NCBI GenBank assembly: GCA_965222615.1
Contig: CBDCUI010000008.1
Location: 960,001-1,024,000, forward strand
Direction: 5' to 3'
Origin: Gammaproteobacteria bacterium
GTDB lineage: Bacteria; Pseudomonadota; Gammaproteobacteria; UBA4575
Length of the DNA stretch: 64,000 bases
The notes below the pieces were generated by a model. The model saw only the letters and a program-made list of their open reading frames with translations. It searched no databases and was not told the origin of the DNA. The stretch's first letter is position 1; every line of letters starts with the position of its first letter. Both the position numbers and the translations under genes were made by a program. Positions 19,324 through 30,799 of this stretch are shown one piece after another.

Positions 19324-21485
19324 GAACTTTGCACCCACACGGTTTTTTATATAGTAAACAAAGTGGATTCGCTCTATTGCCTGTTGTAATTATGATTGTT
19401 GTAATCGCTGCGGTTAGTCTATTAATGAGTTACGAATCTTCTATGAATGTAAACGAGACTGCCACGCTCAGTGAATCAAAGCAAGCGATGTTGGTTGCAG
19501 AAGCGGGTATGGCCCATGCAAAGTGGCAACTTGCAGAAAATACAAACTGTAGTGAATATACCAATATTCAAGCTACAAGTCTGGGAATACATACATATAC
19601 AGCTCATGTCAGCCCAAACAGTGGTTCCCCAGTCACTGTAACTGCTACTGGAGTTTCAGATAAAGGGATTTCTAGAACGCTTACGGATACTCAAACGAAG
19701 ATTTATCAAACTCCCTTTACTAAAGAATATAAATTGGATGCAACCGGAAAAGATACTTTTATTGAGGGTGAAAGTGGCCATACCGATCATAACAAAGGTA
19801 ATGACAAATTTTTAAAAACAAATTCAGAATCAAATAAAGAATACCGTGTATTACTTCAATTTGATGTTTCCGATCTGCCGATAAGTGCAAAAGTTATTAG
19901 TGCTACACTTGAGCTGTATTTAGATTCAAGTCAAGGAAGTAGTGATCAAGTTTTAATTCATCGTATTACAGATGAGTGGCTTGAAGATGAAGTCACTTGG
20001 ATAGAAAAACGCTCTGGTTTTTTTCAAAACTGGAGCCAACAAGGCGGTGATTACGCCTCGCATCTATCTGGTTCTTTTACTGCAGATGCAAAGGGATGGA
20101 AAAGTGCAGAGATTACCAAGTTGGTGCAAGGTTGGGTGGGGGCACCCACAGAAAATCATGGCATGATTTTATTATCCACACCATCTTCTGGAAATAAGGA
20201 AAAAAAGTTTATCAGTAGTGATAATAATCAAACTGCACTACATCCCAAGCTGACTATTACTTATGCATGTGAATGCGGAGTTTATTGTGAGCCACCGACT
20301 GACCCTTTGGGATCCATCGCGCATTGGAAGCTGGATGATGAGAGTGGGTCTACCGCTTTGGATTCTGTTAGTGGGCATGACGGTACGCTTATGGATAAAG
20401 CGTCTTGGGGGACAGGGAAATTAGGTGGTGCAATCAATCTAAATGGCGATGGGGCATATATTCAGGTGCCGCATGATGATGCGCTATCCCTTACCGATGC
20501 CATGACATTTAGTGCCTGGATTAATGTTACATCATTTAGTCCATTTTATCAGACCATACTAGCTAAGGATGCAGGCGGTGCAAGTTCAAATTATTGGTTT
20601 GGTATTTATCAACGCGATCTCAGTTTTGGTTTTTGGTCAGGGCATTGGTTTGAAGAAGTCTATACTACAGGGCTCGATTTACAAATGGACACTTGGTACC
20701 ACGTAGCGGCCTCTTTTGATAATGCAACGGATGAGGTTACTTTATATTTGGATGGTATACAGGTGCAAAGTGGAAAACTAACAGCTAATCCTACCGAAGT
20801 TAAGGCAGATATTACTATCGGCCTTTCACCGGAAGGTGAATTTTGGCATGGTCTAATCGATGACATACGTATTAACGATTTAGTGCTGGAAGAAAAGGAA
20901 ATTATGAATATGGTGACTGAAGTGCAGACTGAAAGCGGTGGTTCGGAAGAGAGTAAATTACTTCCTCCAGAAGGGTCTTGTGCCGGTACTTTTCGTGATG
21001 AATTCAATCTTGAGAGTAGTTATTCGGGCAGTGACGGAACTTTAACCTGGACGACAGATTGGTTAGAAATTAATGAAAGAGATGGACCTGATTCTGGTGA
21101 TGAACGTATCATTAACAGCAGTAGTGGATTTCATCTCCGTATTCGAGATAATGATAGCGGGGGTGAAGGCGTGCAACGCGAAGCGGATTTATCCGCAAAT
21201 ACGTCTGCAACACTTACTTTTGAATATCTCCGTGACAGTTTCGACAGTAATAGCGATTACGTTACGATTGGTGTATCTAATAATGGAGGAATTACGTGGG
21301 ATCAATTGGATAGTATTGGCGGGGCGGGTACGGATTCAAGCTTTGTCTTGAAGAGTTACGATATTAGTAAATATATTACCCAAAATACTCGTATCCGTTT
21401 TCTGACCTCGCCTTATCTTGGCGGTGGTGACGAATTCCATATTGATAATGTGCAAATTGAAATAAGTGGCTGTGCAACCAAATGA
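19320..21485 (+). CDS. PilX/GspK-like tip pilin with DNRLRE-type, LamG/ConA-like and further jelly-roll domains
   Basis: SG|FALL (no Glu+5) and QAMLVAEAG; LLQFDVSDLP...SATLELY...PKLTITY; IAHWKLDD...WYHVA...LYLDG...IDDIRI. Confidence 0.8.
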   Translation: MRTLHPHGFLYSKQSGFALLPVVIMIVVIAAVSLLMSYESSMNVNETATLSESKQAMLVAEAGMAHAKWQLAENTNCSEYTNIQATSLGIHTYTAHVSPNSGSPVTVTATGVSDKGISRTLTDTQTKIYQTPFTKEYKLDATGKDTFIEGESGHTDHNKGNDKFLKTNSESNKEYRVLLQFDVSDLPISAKVISATLELYLDSSQGSSDQVLIHRITDEWLEDEVTWIEKRSGFFQNWSQQGGDYASHLSGSFTADAKGWKSAEITKLVQGWVGAPTENHGMILLSTPSSGNKEKKFISSDNNQTALHPKLTITYACECGVYCEPPTDPLGSIAHWKLDDESGSTALDSVSGHDGTLMDKASWGTGKLGGAINLNGDGAYIQVPHDDALSLTDAMTFSAWINVTSFSPFYQTILAKDAGGASSNYWFGIYQRDLSFGFWSGHWFEEVYTTGLDLQMDTWYHVAASFDNATDEVTLYLDGIQVQSGKLTANPTEVKADITIGLSPEGEFWHGLIDDIRINDLVLEEKEIMNMVTEVQTESGGSEESKLLPPEGSCAGTFRDEFNLESSYSGSDGTLTWTTDWLEINERDGPDSGDERIINSSSGFHLRIRDNDSGGEGVQREADLSANTSATLTFEYLRDSFDSNSDYVTIGVSNNGGITWDQLDSIGGAGTDSSFVLKSYDISKYITQNTRIRFLTSPYLGGGDEFHIDNVQIEISGCATK

Positions 21486-21522
21486 TGCAACAAGTAGTTG
21501 TTGGAAATTTATTTTTTAAAAA

Positions 21523-22587
21523 TTAATTTGGTAGGGATGTGGAATGGATTTTTAGCGGTGACTGGATGAGTAGCCATATACCGAATAGTATTCCACATGA
21601 ACCTCCTACAGAATTAAGTACGAAATCATGAATCGAAGTATTTCGAGACAAAAATAATTGTCCTATTTCAATCCCCAAGCTTAAGACTATACATATTGCA
21701 AATAATGGTGCATAGGCTTGTTTTTTATTTAAAATAAATAAGGAAAATAAGCCAAATACAAAGAATCCAAAAAAATTAATCACATAATCAAAAAGTCGAT
21801 TATGAAGGCTGCCATGGTGCCCGAAAACGGATAAGTGAATCTTTTTTAAATTTTTTGGTGCTGAATATATATTAGGAAATTGAAGCAAATTGTTTTTTGT
21901 GTAATCTATTGATTGCTTGTTAGTTGTGATTGTAGCCTTATTTATTTTTCCCTTCCAAGGACGATCAAAAGTTAATTCATTTCCTAATGCTAATAAATAG
22001 TCAGGATTCCAATTTGATAATGCTGCAACAGGTAAGCTAGAAGAGTATTTTTTGATGCCATTAACTAATATCTCTAACTTATTATTAGTGATTGCTACTA
22101 TGATGCTTAATTTATTGGAAGAATTAAAAACATTTTTAACTACATGTACCGGTGTTCCGTTTAAACTAGTCTCGATGGTTCGTAATCTTAAAATAAGATC
22201 AGAGTTTTGTTGTCCAATAGTAATATTTCGGAATTTAGGGTTTTTTGAGATTGTAAATATTCTTGCAGGACCAAATTGTTGTAAGTGGTTTGTTTGAACT
22301 GACAGCTCCAGTGTTAGATATGAGTTATTAATTACGTCTTGAATCCAATTTGGTGGAGCAGGTAAATAGGCGATGCTCGAACCCATAAAATTAAATTCTG
22401 TATTTGAAAATTCAACTGCAGTGTTTCTAAATAACCTTTCAGCATCATATGTTAAATATTTTTTATCTGATGATATTTTAAAGTTTGATGGAATTTCACA
22501 ATGAAATGGAAAATATCCTAAGAATAGAAATACTAAAATCATTGAGACTATAGTGGTATTCCTTCGTAATGGTAATTTTCTAAACAT
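21523..22587 (-). CDS. Membrane protein with ConA-like periplasmic domain and C-terminal VanZ-like domain
   Basis: D..INFFGF, SLGIEIGQ.F..R..S..D..LN..G VanZ pattern; PARIFTIS and LALGNE ConA-like motifs. Confidence 0.7.
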   Translation of the reverse strand: MFRKLPLRRNTTIVSMILVFLFLGYFPFHCEIPSNFKISSDKKYLTYDAERLFRNTAVEFSNTEFNFMGSSIAYLPAPPNWIQDVINNSYLTLELSVQTNHLQQFGPARIFTISKNPKFRNITIGQQNSDLILRLRTIETSLNGTPVHVVKNVFNSSNKLSIIVAITNNKLEILVNGIKKYSSSLPVAALSNWNPDYLLALGNELTFDRPWKGKINKATITTNKQSIDYTKNNLLQFPNIYSAPKNLKKIHLSVFGHHGSLHNRLFDYVINFFGFFVFGLFSLFILNKKQAYAPLFAICIVLSLGIEIGQLFLSRNTSIHDFVLNSVGGSCGILFGIWLLIQSPLKIHSTSLPN

Positions 22588-23045
22588 ATGTATTTATTAT
22601 AGTTGAAATTAGCTCGGTTCAGCAGGATATTGGATAATATATGCTTCCATAAAAATTGTAGGTATTTACCTCTATAAAAAGTATCAGAAAATTTGCAAAA
22701 AAATATGATTACATAGTGATGTTACTATTACTAATTACACGTTATCAAAAATTTCAGTATTATTAAAATGAAAAGCTTGTTCTTTAAAGTTCAAGTAAAA
22801 TATAAAGTTATAAAGGGAGTAAGCATTTTGGATTTAACTCATTTAAAGCTATCTCATAGCGATTTCATATTTGTGGTTTTGACTATGCTCTATTAAAGAA
22901 GTTTTGTAATCTTCGAAAATAAAAGTAATCAAAGGCTCATTTATTTTTTTTGGCCATATATTTACTTGATTATCCTTGTAAATCTAATATTTTAGAGTCT
23001 TTGAGACATGACTTTAAAAATAATCTCATAGATATGGAGTTATGT

Positions 23046-23252
23046 ATGAGTGTGGAAAAACCTTCATTTATTGATGTAGTGAAAAGTGTGTTAGCTAGTT
23101 TCTTTGGAATACAAAGTGACAAAAATCGTCAAAGGGATTTTGAAAAAGGCAATCCTATGCAATTTATTGCAGTGGGGCTCGTGCTTACAATTATGTTTAT
23201 TTTTGCAGTAATAATAATTGTCAAACTCGTTTTACGTTCAGTCGGTCAGTAG
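23046..23252 (+). CDS. DUF2970-like small membrane protein
   Basis: SVLASFFGIQSDKNRQRDF motif; GGAG RBS before ATG 23046. Confidence 0.8.
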   Translation: MSVEKPSFIDVVKSVLASFFGIQSDKNRQRDFEKGNPMQFIAVGLVLTIMFIFAVIIIVKLVLRSVGQ

Positions 23253-23258
23253 TATTTA

Positions 23259-23906
23259 TTATTCAATTATCGCACCTTGTTGTTTAAGGAAATCAAATAT
23301 TCCCGTGGCTAGTAATTGGTAGCCTTTTGCATTTGGATGTACAGCATCAGATTTTAAGGAGTTATCATTAAGTACTTTAGCAAGTAGAGAAAATTCAATA
23401 GGGATATCAGTTTCATCTGCAATTTCCCTGTATTCGTCCGCGCTACTGAGGAAAATATTAGCTTCAGGAACGGCGAGCATGATTATTTCAATATTCCTCC
23501 GTTGAGTTTCAGCAATCATGGTTAAAAGATTTTGTTTCATTTTTGTACGTGAAAGTTTTCTTATTATGTCGTTGCCACCATGAATAAGTATTAATAAGTC
23601 TGGGTTATATTTATCCAATAATGTTGGCAAACGCACTAGACCTTCATTACTGATTTCACCCGGAATACCCTCGTTGATAACTGTTATATTACTTAAATCA
23701 GCTAATATGCTTGGGTAATCCTGTCCCTTGTTAGCACCAGTTCCATGAGTAAGGCTATCTCCAAATGCCAAGATTGTTGCATCTGATGCTAATGGACTAA
23801 GTGATGATGTATCGCCGCAAGAATAGGTAACTAGAGTTAAAGTAAAGACAACGATCAGCTTATTGCTAGACAACAAGCCTAATTTTCCCAATAATCTTTT
23901 CTGCAT
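23259..23906 (-). CDS. SGNH/GDSL arylesterase (TesA-like), probable lipoprotein
   Basis: FGDSLT, GGND and DAVHP motifs. Confidence 0.9.
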   Translation of the reverse strand: MQKRLLGKLGLLSSNKLIVVFTLTLVTYSCGDTSSLSPLASDATILAFGDSLTHGTGANKGQDYPSILADLSNITVINEGIPGEISNEGLVRLPTLLDKYNPDLLILIHGGNDIIRKLSRTKMKQNLLTMIAETQRRNIEIIMLAVPEANIFLSSADEYREIADETDIPIEFSLLAKVLNDNSLKSDAVHPNAKGYQLLATGIFDFLKQQGAIIE

Positions 23907-26740
23907 AAACCTCTAGCTTCGCACCATTCGCAGATATCGTCATCAGCAAATGCTGAAAATTTTGCATCATTTTCTAAATTATTTGTCAATTCACTAAGTC
24001 GTTTAGTATGTTGGCGTACTAATTCAGATAATTGCTCGTCTTTAATTATTGCTTCTGATTTTACACGATTATTTTTACCTAGTACTATATATTCCACTTG
24101 ATTACAGTCTTTATTTAAAAGTGCATACATGGGTAATTGTACTTGTTCTCCAGCCAATATACTTTTCTTCGTTGGCGTTTGACCTGTTTTATAATCAACA
24201 ATTGCATAACCAGCTTTAGATTGGTCAATGCGATCAATTCTGCCGCTTAAGGTTTTTTTGTCTGCAATATCACTTTTTAAGGTAATTTCATGCTTGTAAG
24301 GTATAAAGTTTTTTTGTCGATTAATTTCCCAGCCGATAAAACTAGGAATAAGATTTAACCAACGCTGCAGCCATAGTTTGTTACTAAAACTCTGATCAGT
24401 AAACTTATTAAATATTTCTACACTGATAGCTTGCAATGCAGATTCATTATCTTCACGATTTCCGTCGGTTATTTTTTTAACGGATGAGCCACTAGTAAAA
24501 AAAGTGTGAATACACTTATGAATCAAGCTGCCAAAGTCTGCTTTTTCTAATTCCTCACTTAGTTTATTTGTTTTTGATAGGTTTAAAGCAGTGCTTGTAA
24601 AAAATTGGTAAGGACAATTCACTAAATTTTGATAATCTGAGATTGAAATTTTACTAAGTTTGAGTTCATCATTTAATGCAGGAGATGGCTGATATGAAAG
24701 TGTTGGCAAAGGTATTTGAAATTCTGCATTAACAACACATGTATTTTCCTGAATAACTAATTCTTGCAGTAACTCATCATTTAAGTTTTTTCCATATGCC
24801 ATATAGTGAAATGTTTCAATGGCTTCAAGCCATGGGCTAGGCGAGATCTTTTCATCGTTATATTCAGTTTGAACAGTTATTAGGATATCTGGTGCGGCAT
24901 CCAATAATTTTCTAAACAGATAAAAGTACAAATAATGTTCATCTTTCCAGGTAGGAATGTTTAATTCTGTACGTGTATATTCATTGAAAAAGACGTAGTT
25001 AATAGAGGGGCCTGGGAAATGACTTTTGTCAACTGATGCAATTATGAGTGCATCAAATTTTAATAAACGGCTTTGTTCAAGGCTGCAAAAAGTCACATTA
25101 GTACTAACTATTGATGGTTTGAAATTTTGCTGATCTAGAATTCTTACTAAAAAGCGTCTCCATTCTGCCCAACTCATTTTATTTTCAATTTTTTTGAAGT
25201 GAGTGATTTGTGTTTCTAAACAATTAAATGTTTGCCTACCTGCTTCATCTTTATTAAGTTCACTGTAGATGCCAATGGTCTTCAAGGCATTAAAGGTTTC
25301 TTCAAAATAGCGATGAATTGGTATTGATTCATGTGTACAAAGCCTAACTATGTTATGTGTAGATGCTTCAATCTTATCTATGAATGCATATAAATAATCA
25401 AGTATCTGGTTGTTGATATCATCTTGATCATTGTGTATGTCATCTAATTTGGTTCGAATCACATTCAATCCATTATGAAGATTGAAGGCCAATATAATTT
25501 CTTTTTCTAGGAAATCTATTGCTTGGTTATGAAGTTTTTTATCTACCAGAATAGGGAAAAAAGGTGATCGAGCTATGGTGACTAATTGTTTGGTTGGGTA
25601 TTTTTCTTCGATTAATTGTAACCAGTATTCAAGTATTGTGGCTGCACTTGTGGTGGATAAAGCCCAACCGCCAATGTCATTTACCAATATATTGGCATGC
25701 TCCAATACTGCACGCAGTCTACGAGCGAGCTTACGATCCGCAGTGACTACTCCAATATTTTCTTTGCCATGATAAATATAACTACGAATCTTTATATCTA
25801 TTGCTTTTACATGTTGTTCTAATGAATTGGTCTTATATATATTGAGTTGTTTATCAATTGGACTAATAAGGTGCTTATCTGAAAAAATCTTAGCACGTTG
25901 TTTAATACTTAAGTCACTATTAAGAAATACGGAATCAAAAAACTTTGTATAACTGGAAATTTTATCTATTGTTGTGTGATCTTCTTGATTCTGGCTCAAT
26001 GCTAATTTTTTAATTATTGTATCGGGTCTAGTTGAAAGTGTAGGGCTGCTCGCAGATAAATATATATGTAGTTGAGATTGTTGGTCGAGTTTATGTAATG
26101 CAGAGATCTCACGTGTAAAAAGCTTGTCAAGGCCAATACAATAAAACAATTTATCTTTAGTTGATTCGATAGCTAGCAAAGCTTGGATATAGGCATCTAT
26201 TGGATCTAGCACATTTTCATGGCTCAGTTGTTCTTGCCAAGCTTTCCATAGAGTTGTGACCAATTCAGCTTCTTGGCTTAGAGTTGTAGATGTCCGAGAG
26301 CTACTTTTGCATAAATAGTCATCTAAGCGTGTTTGATCGACATCATTCAGTGCCATTCCATCAAATAACGCAAATAACTCGCTTGCTATAGCCCATGGAT
26401 TTGCATTGGAAAATAGATTGGGTTGTTGATTGATGGCATCGACTAATATTAATTCGCGTGCATATTGAGAAAGTACTGGCTTGTGTGGCACATTGTTTGT
26501 AAATGCCCATTGTCTTAGGGTTGTACAATTTGGCAATAACACTGCTGTGTGGCCAAGACGTTCGGCGTGGGCTAATAAACTATTTTGAAGCTGGGTTTGA
26601 GGAAGCTTGTTGGGCAAAAAAATTGTGATAGTACAAAGATTAGGAAGTAGATCTTTGTTATTTTGAATTATATTTGCACTAGCGACATCCAGTAAATCTT
26701 GAAAATAAGGAACGATGATTGTATTGCTAAAATTTTGCAA
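23879..26740 (-). CDS. AddB/RexB-like PD-(D/E)XK nuclease with inactive helicase-like domain and Fe-S cysteines
   Basis: CPYQF, GRIDRID, VDYKTG, QLPMY and C-terminal CEWCEARGLC. Confidence 0.82.
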   Translation of the reverse strand: MQNFSNTIIVPYFQDLLDVASANIIQNNKDLLPNLCTITIFLPNKLPQTQLQNSLLAHAERLGHTAVLLPNCTTLRQWAFTNNVPHKPVLSQYARELILVDAINQQPNLFSNANPWAIASELFALFDGMALNDVDQTRLDDYLCKSSSRTSTTLSQEAELVTTLWKAWQEQLSHENVLDPIDAYIQALLAIESTKDKLFYCIGLDKLFTREISALHKLDQQSQLHIYLSASSPTLSTRPDTIIKKLALSQNQEDHTTIDKISSYTKFFDSVFLNSDLSIKQRAKIFSDKHLISPIDKQLNIYKTNSLEQHVKAIDIKIRSYIYHGKENIGVVTADRKLARRLRAVLEHANILVNDIGGWALSTTSAATILEYWLQLIEEKYPTKQLVTIARSPFFPILVDKKLHNQAIDFLEKEIILAFNLHNGLNVIRTKLDDIHNDQDDINNQILDYLYAFIDKIEASTHNIVRLCTHESIPIHRYFEETFNALKTIGIYSELNKDEAGRQTFNCLETQITHFKKIENKMSWAEWRRFLVRILDQQNFKPSIVSTNVTFCSLEQSRLLKFDALIIASVDKSHFPGPSINYVFFNEYTRTELNIPTWKDEHYLYFYLFRKLLDAAPDILITVQTEYNDEKISPSPWLEAIETFHYMAYGKNLNDELLQELVIQENTCVVNAEFQIPLPTLSYQPSPALNDELKLSKISISDYQNLVNCPYQFFTSTALNLSKTNKLSEELEKADFGSLIHKCIHTFFTSGSSVKKITDGNREDNESALQAISVEIFNKFTDQSFSNKLWLQRWLNLIPSFIGWEINRQKNFIPYKHEITLKSDIADKKTLSGRIDRIDQSKAGYAIVDYKTGQTPTKKSILAGEQVQLPMYALLNKDCNQVEYIVLGKNNRVKSEAIIKDEQLSELVRQHTKRLSELTNNLENDAKFSAFADDDICEWCEARGLCRKDYWEN

Positions 26741-26773
26741 AAATACAGTTCTATGTTATGGCTGGTTTTGAAA

Positions 26774-27097
26774 TTATTTTTCTAGGTATTGACGCTTATT
26801 GGGCTTGAATTCCCATTCCTTTGCATCTTCAGGAGCAGGTTTCATACTAGTGATTACTGGCCACTTAGCAGATAATTCTTCATTAAGAGCAAGGAATTCA
26901 GATTGATCTTCAGCTAGATCGTCCTCACTGACGATGGCGTCAACTGGACATTCGGTTTCACACATTGCACAGTCAATACATTCCTCAGGGTCGATGACAA
27001 GCATGTTTGGGCCTTCATGAAAGCAGTCAACTGGGCAGACCTCAACACAGTCTGTATATTTACATTTAATACAAGGTTCTGTTACGACAAATGTCAT
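26774..27097 (-). CDS. fdxA: 7Fe ferredoxin
   Basis: [26 protein letters not shown]...[12 protein letters not shown]; close to mutS. Confidence 0.95.
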   Translation of the reverse strand: MTFVVTEPCIKCKYTDCVEVCPVDCFHEGPNMLVIDPEECIDCAMCETECPVDAIVSEDDLAEDQSEFLALNEELSAKWPVITSMKPAPEDAKEWEFKPNKRQYLEK

Positions 27098-27262
27098 GAG
27101 TGAAAGCAAATTTAATTAAAGATGTAACCATTGTAGGTAAATGTTGCTTAGAAGAAAATATATGTTTGAAATATAGGTATTAGCAGATGGAGTGAACTAC
27201 AACGCAGTTTATTTAGTGTAAAAAGAAGTAATATTAGTTCCTCAAAAAAGCAAATTATTGAC

Positions 27263-28189
27263 ATGTATAATATTTTAGTCACTGGCGGCGCTGGTTTTAT
27301 CGGTTCACACAGTGTTGATCTTCTTTTGAAAGATGGTCATCAAATTGTGGTATTGGATAATTTTTCTTCAGGAAAAAAACAGAATTTGCCTCTAGACCAT
27401 CCTCGGCTTAAAGTCATTGAAGGGGATATTCGCGATCAGTCCATTGTAATGCAAGCGGCTATCGGGGTCAGTCATTGCTTGCATCTGGCTGCGCAAGTAT
27501 CAGTAGTAAAATCTATAGAAGACCCTGTAAATTCTGCATCTCAAAATATTCTAGGATTTATCAATATTCTTAATGCGGCAAAATCTAATAAAGTAAAACG
27601 TGTTGTATATGCATCTTCTGCAGCGGCTTATGGTAGTCCGGTTTCATTGCCACTTGACGAAAATTGCCAACTTAGGCCGGAGTCTCCATATGGACTTGAA
27701 AAGCAGATTAATGAGCAATATGTAGACTTATTTAGGACTTTATATGGTCTTTCAGCATGTGGTATGCGTTATTTTAATGTTTATGGCCCAAGGCAAGATC
27801 CACAGTCACCTTACGCTGGCGTTATCGCACTTTTTGCTGATGCAATTCAATCTAAACAAGCTTTGAAAATAAATGGTGATGGACTACAAACAAGAGATTT
27901 TATATTTGTCAAAGATGTGGCAAGTACAAATGCAGCTGCATTATTTTCTGATTGTCAAGGAGTACTAAATATTGCTACCGGCAAAACAGTTACACTTCTT
28001 GAATTAATTGAAGTATTGGAAAAGATAGTAGGATATCAATGTGAAAAACAATTTAATCCGCCAAGAGAAGGTGATATCAAGCATTCAGCCGCAAATACAA
28101 GGGAGCTACTTGCAGCACTAGACATTGAAGCCAAATATAGCCTAGAGCAGGGCCTACGTGAATTAATTAATGCGAATGCTAAAGATTAG
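27263..28189 (+). CDS. NAD-dependent nucleotide-sugar epimerase/dehydratase
   Basis: TGGAGFIG, YGLEK (YxxxK) and YFNVYGP motifs. Confidence 0.92.
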   Translation: MYNILVTGGAGFIGSHSVDLLLKDGHQIVVLDNFSSGKKQNLPLDHPRLKVIEGDIRDQSIVMQAAIGVSHCLHLAAQVSVVKSIEDPVNSASQNILGFINILNAAKSNKVKRVVYASSAAAYGSPVSLPLDENCQLRPESPYGLEKQINEQYVDLFRTLYGLSACGMRYFNVYGPRQDPQSPYAGVIALFADAIQSKQALKINGDGLQTRDFIFVKDVASTNAAALFSDCQGVLNIATGKTVTLLELIEVLEKIVGYQCEKQFNPPREGDIKHSAANTRELLAALDIEAKYSLEQGLRELINANAKD

Positions 28190-30745
28190 TTAGAGAAGAT
28201 TTCTTAGTTTATATAGTATTTCTAATGATTCTTTTGGGCTTAGTTCATCAGGATTGACTTCTTCTAAATATTCAATAGCTGCATGTTTTGCGCTTTCTTC
28301 CAAGCCTAAGCCTAATTGTACTTCTTGTGTATTACTTGAATTCGCGTTAGTTGATAGTTCAAGTTGCTTTAATTTCAATTTTGCACTTGCAATGACTGAT
28401 TTAGGAATGCCAGCAAGTTGAGCAACTTGTAATCCATAGCTTTGATTTGCAGGGCCTTCCTTCACGGCGTGTAAGAAAACAATATGATCATTATGTTCAA
28501 TCGCATCAATATGTACATTATGAATATTTGCATAATGTTCAGGTAAACAGGTCAGCTCAAAATAGTGAGTAGCGAACAGAGTGAAAGATTGAGTAATCGT
28601 GCTTAAGTGCTCTGCACAAGACCAGGCGAGCGATAGGCCATCATAGGTACTAGTCCCTCGACCAATTTCGTCCATAAGCACCAGGCTTTGATCGGTAGCG
28701 TTATTGAGAATATTGGCGGCTTCGGTCATTTCTACCATGAATGTGGAACGACCCGAACTCAAATCATCCGATGCGCCAATACGTGTGTAGATGGCATCTA
28801 TTGGACCAAGCGTTGCTGCTTCAGCGGGCACATAGCAGCCAGTGTAAGCCAGCCATGTAATTAAGGCGATTTGGCGCATATAAGTTGATTTTCCACCCAT
28901 ATTGGGACCAGTAATCAATAACATTTTTCGTTGTTTATCAAGAATCACATCATTTGCAGTAAAGGCTTCTTCTTGTACTTGCTCGATTACAGGGTGTCGA
29001 CCTTGTTTGATATCAATGCGTGCTTGCTCGATAAATTTTGGTCGTGCGTAATTTAAAGTTTTTACACGTTCGGCAAGAGTCGCTAAAGCATCTAGTTGCG
29101 CAAGTCCTTGTGAACAGTGTTGTATAGTTGTTAATTCTTCTAGTAGTAATTTTAATAGCTGTTCATAGAGAAATTTTTCTCGTTTTAATGCACGCTCTTT
29201 TGCACTGAGCACTTCGTCTTCAAATTTTTTCAGCTCAGGTGTGATAAAGCGTTCAGCATTTTTTAGAGTTTGTCTGCGTATATAATGTTCAGGTGCTTGG
29301 TTTGCTTGACCGCGTGATATTTCAATGTAATAACCATGTACACGGTTGAATGCGACTTTAAGTGACGAAATTTTTGTAGCAGTTTTTTCACGTTGTTCTA
29401 ATTCTATAAGGAATTGATTTGCATTTTTGCTTAAATTGCGTAGCTGATCTAATTCTTTGTCATAACCAGTTTTTATTACTCCGCCATCACGAATCAATGC
29501 GGGTGGTTTATCTGTGATTGCCTTTGCAAGTAAAGAGGCAAGATTGTCATGCATAGTTATTAATTCACTACACTCGAGTAATAATTCGCTTTTATATTTC
29601 GTTAATTCTGATTTGATCGATGGGATGATGTGTATGGTTTTACGTAGTGCATCTAAATCTCTAGGTTGAGCAGTTTGTAATGCAATACGACTGCGGATTC
29701 GCTCTATATCATTGATCTCTGAAAGTAAACTGTGAAGCTCCATATATTCATTGGCATGAATGAGCTCTTCAATGGCGGCATGTCTTTTTTCGAGAGTCGG
29801 TAGATTTCTTGTCGGCTGATTGATCCAAGCGCGTAAACATCTTGCACCCATCGCAGAAGCGGTTTTATCGAGCACACCGATCAGGCTTTGTTTAGTATTG
29901 CCATACGTTGATTTTTCAATTTCAAGGTTACTACGTGAAATGCTATCAATTAATAAAAATTCGTTTTTTTGTAGAACTTGCAAACCATCGATATGAGGTA
30001 GGGCAGCTTTTTGTGTATCTTTAACATATTGGAGTACGGCTCCGGCGGCACAGACCGCTAATGGATGATTTTGACAACCGTAACCACTCAAGTCTTTTGT
30101 TCCGAATTGTGCACATAGAGTTTTATTTGCACTTGCATACTCAAAATGCCAGGGAGTCAGATTTTTCAACGCATATTGCTCATGTAGAGCAAATTGAGTT
30201 TCTTCGTTGATAAGTACTTCAGCTGGTTGAATACGTTCCATCTCGCTGCGAAATTCTTCTGATGAATTGCATGTTTGTAAAATGAAACGACCAGAGCTTA
30301 TGTCCAGATAGGCAAGTCCTATTTTTTCGTCAGCAGAGTGTATGGCTAATAAGTAATTTTCTTTACTACGCTGTAACAGTTCGTCTTCAATGACTGTACC
30401 TGGTGTCACGACTCTTGTTACTTTCCGTTCAACCAGACCCTTGCTAGTCGCTGGATCACCAATTTGGTCACATATGGCAACCGATTCACCCAGTCGCAAC
30501 AACTTGGCTAAATAGTTCTCAGTGGCATGTACCGGAACTCCAGCCATAGGAATTTCATCTTCACTATTTTTATTACGCGAAGTGAGAGTTAAATCTAATA
30601 GCTTAGCTGCACGTTTGGCATCTTCATAAAACAGCTCAAAAAAATCACCCATACGGTAAAACAACAACATATCTGGATATTTCGCTTTGATGCTCAAGTA
30701 CTGTTGCATCATTGGGGTGTGTTTTATTGGAGGTCGTGCGATCAT
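28190..30745 (-). CDS. mutS: DNA mismatch repair protein MutS
   Basis: [24 protein letters not shown] and DEIGRGTST motifs. Confidence 0.98.
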   Translation of the reverse strand: MIARPPIKHTPMMQQYLSIKAKYPDMLLFYRMGDFFELFYEDAKRAAKLLDLTLTSRNKNSEDEIPMAGVPVHATENYLAKLLRLGESVAICDQIGDPATSKGLVERKVTRVVTPGTVIEDELLQRSKENYLLAIHSADEKIGLAYLDISSGRFILQTCNSSEEFRSEMERIQPAEVLINEETQFALHEQYALKNLTPWHFEYASANKTLCAQFGTKDLSGYGCQNHPLAVCAAGAVLQYVKDTQKAALPHIDGLQVLQKNEFLLIDSISRSNLEIEKSTYGNTKQSLIGVLDKTASAMGARCLRAWINQPTRNLPTLEKRHAAIEELIHANEYMELHSLLSEINDIERIRSRIALQTAQPRDLDALRKTIHIIPSIKSELTKYKSELLLECSELITMHDNLASLLAKAITDKPPALIRDGGVIKTGYDKELDQLRNLSKNANQFLIELEQREKTATKISSLKVAFNRVHGYYIEISRGQANQAPEHYIRRQTLKNAERFITPELKKFEDEVLSAKERALKREKFLYEQLLKLLLEELTTIQHCSQGLAQLDALATLAERVKTLNYARPKFIEQARIDIKQGRHPVIEQVQEEAFTANDVILDKQRKMLLITGPNMGGKSTYMRQIALITWLAYTGCYVPAEAATLGPIDAIYTRIGASDDLSSGRSTFMVEMTEAANILNNATDQSLVLMDEIGRGTSTYDGLSLAWSCAEHLSTITQSFTLFATHYFELTCLPEHYANIHNVHIDAIEHNDHIVFLHAVKEGPANQSYGLQVAQLAGIPKSVIASAKLKLKQLELSTNANSSNTQEVQLGLGLEESAKHAAIEYLEEVNPDELSPKESLEILYKLRNLL

Positions 30746-30799
30746 GGCATCAGTCTAGCGAAGAAAAAAAAATTAGCTATTAGAAAATTATCAAGCTTA

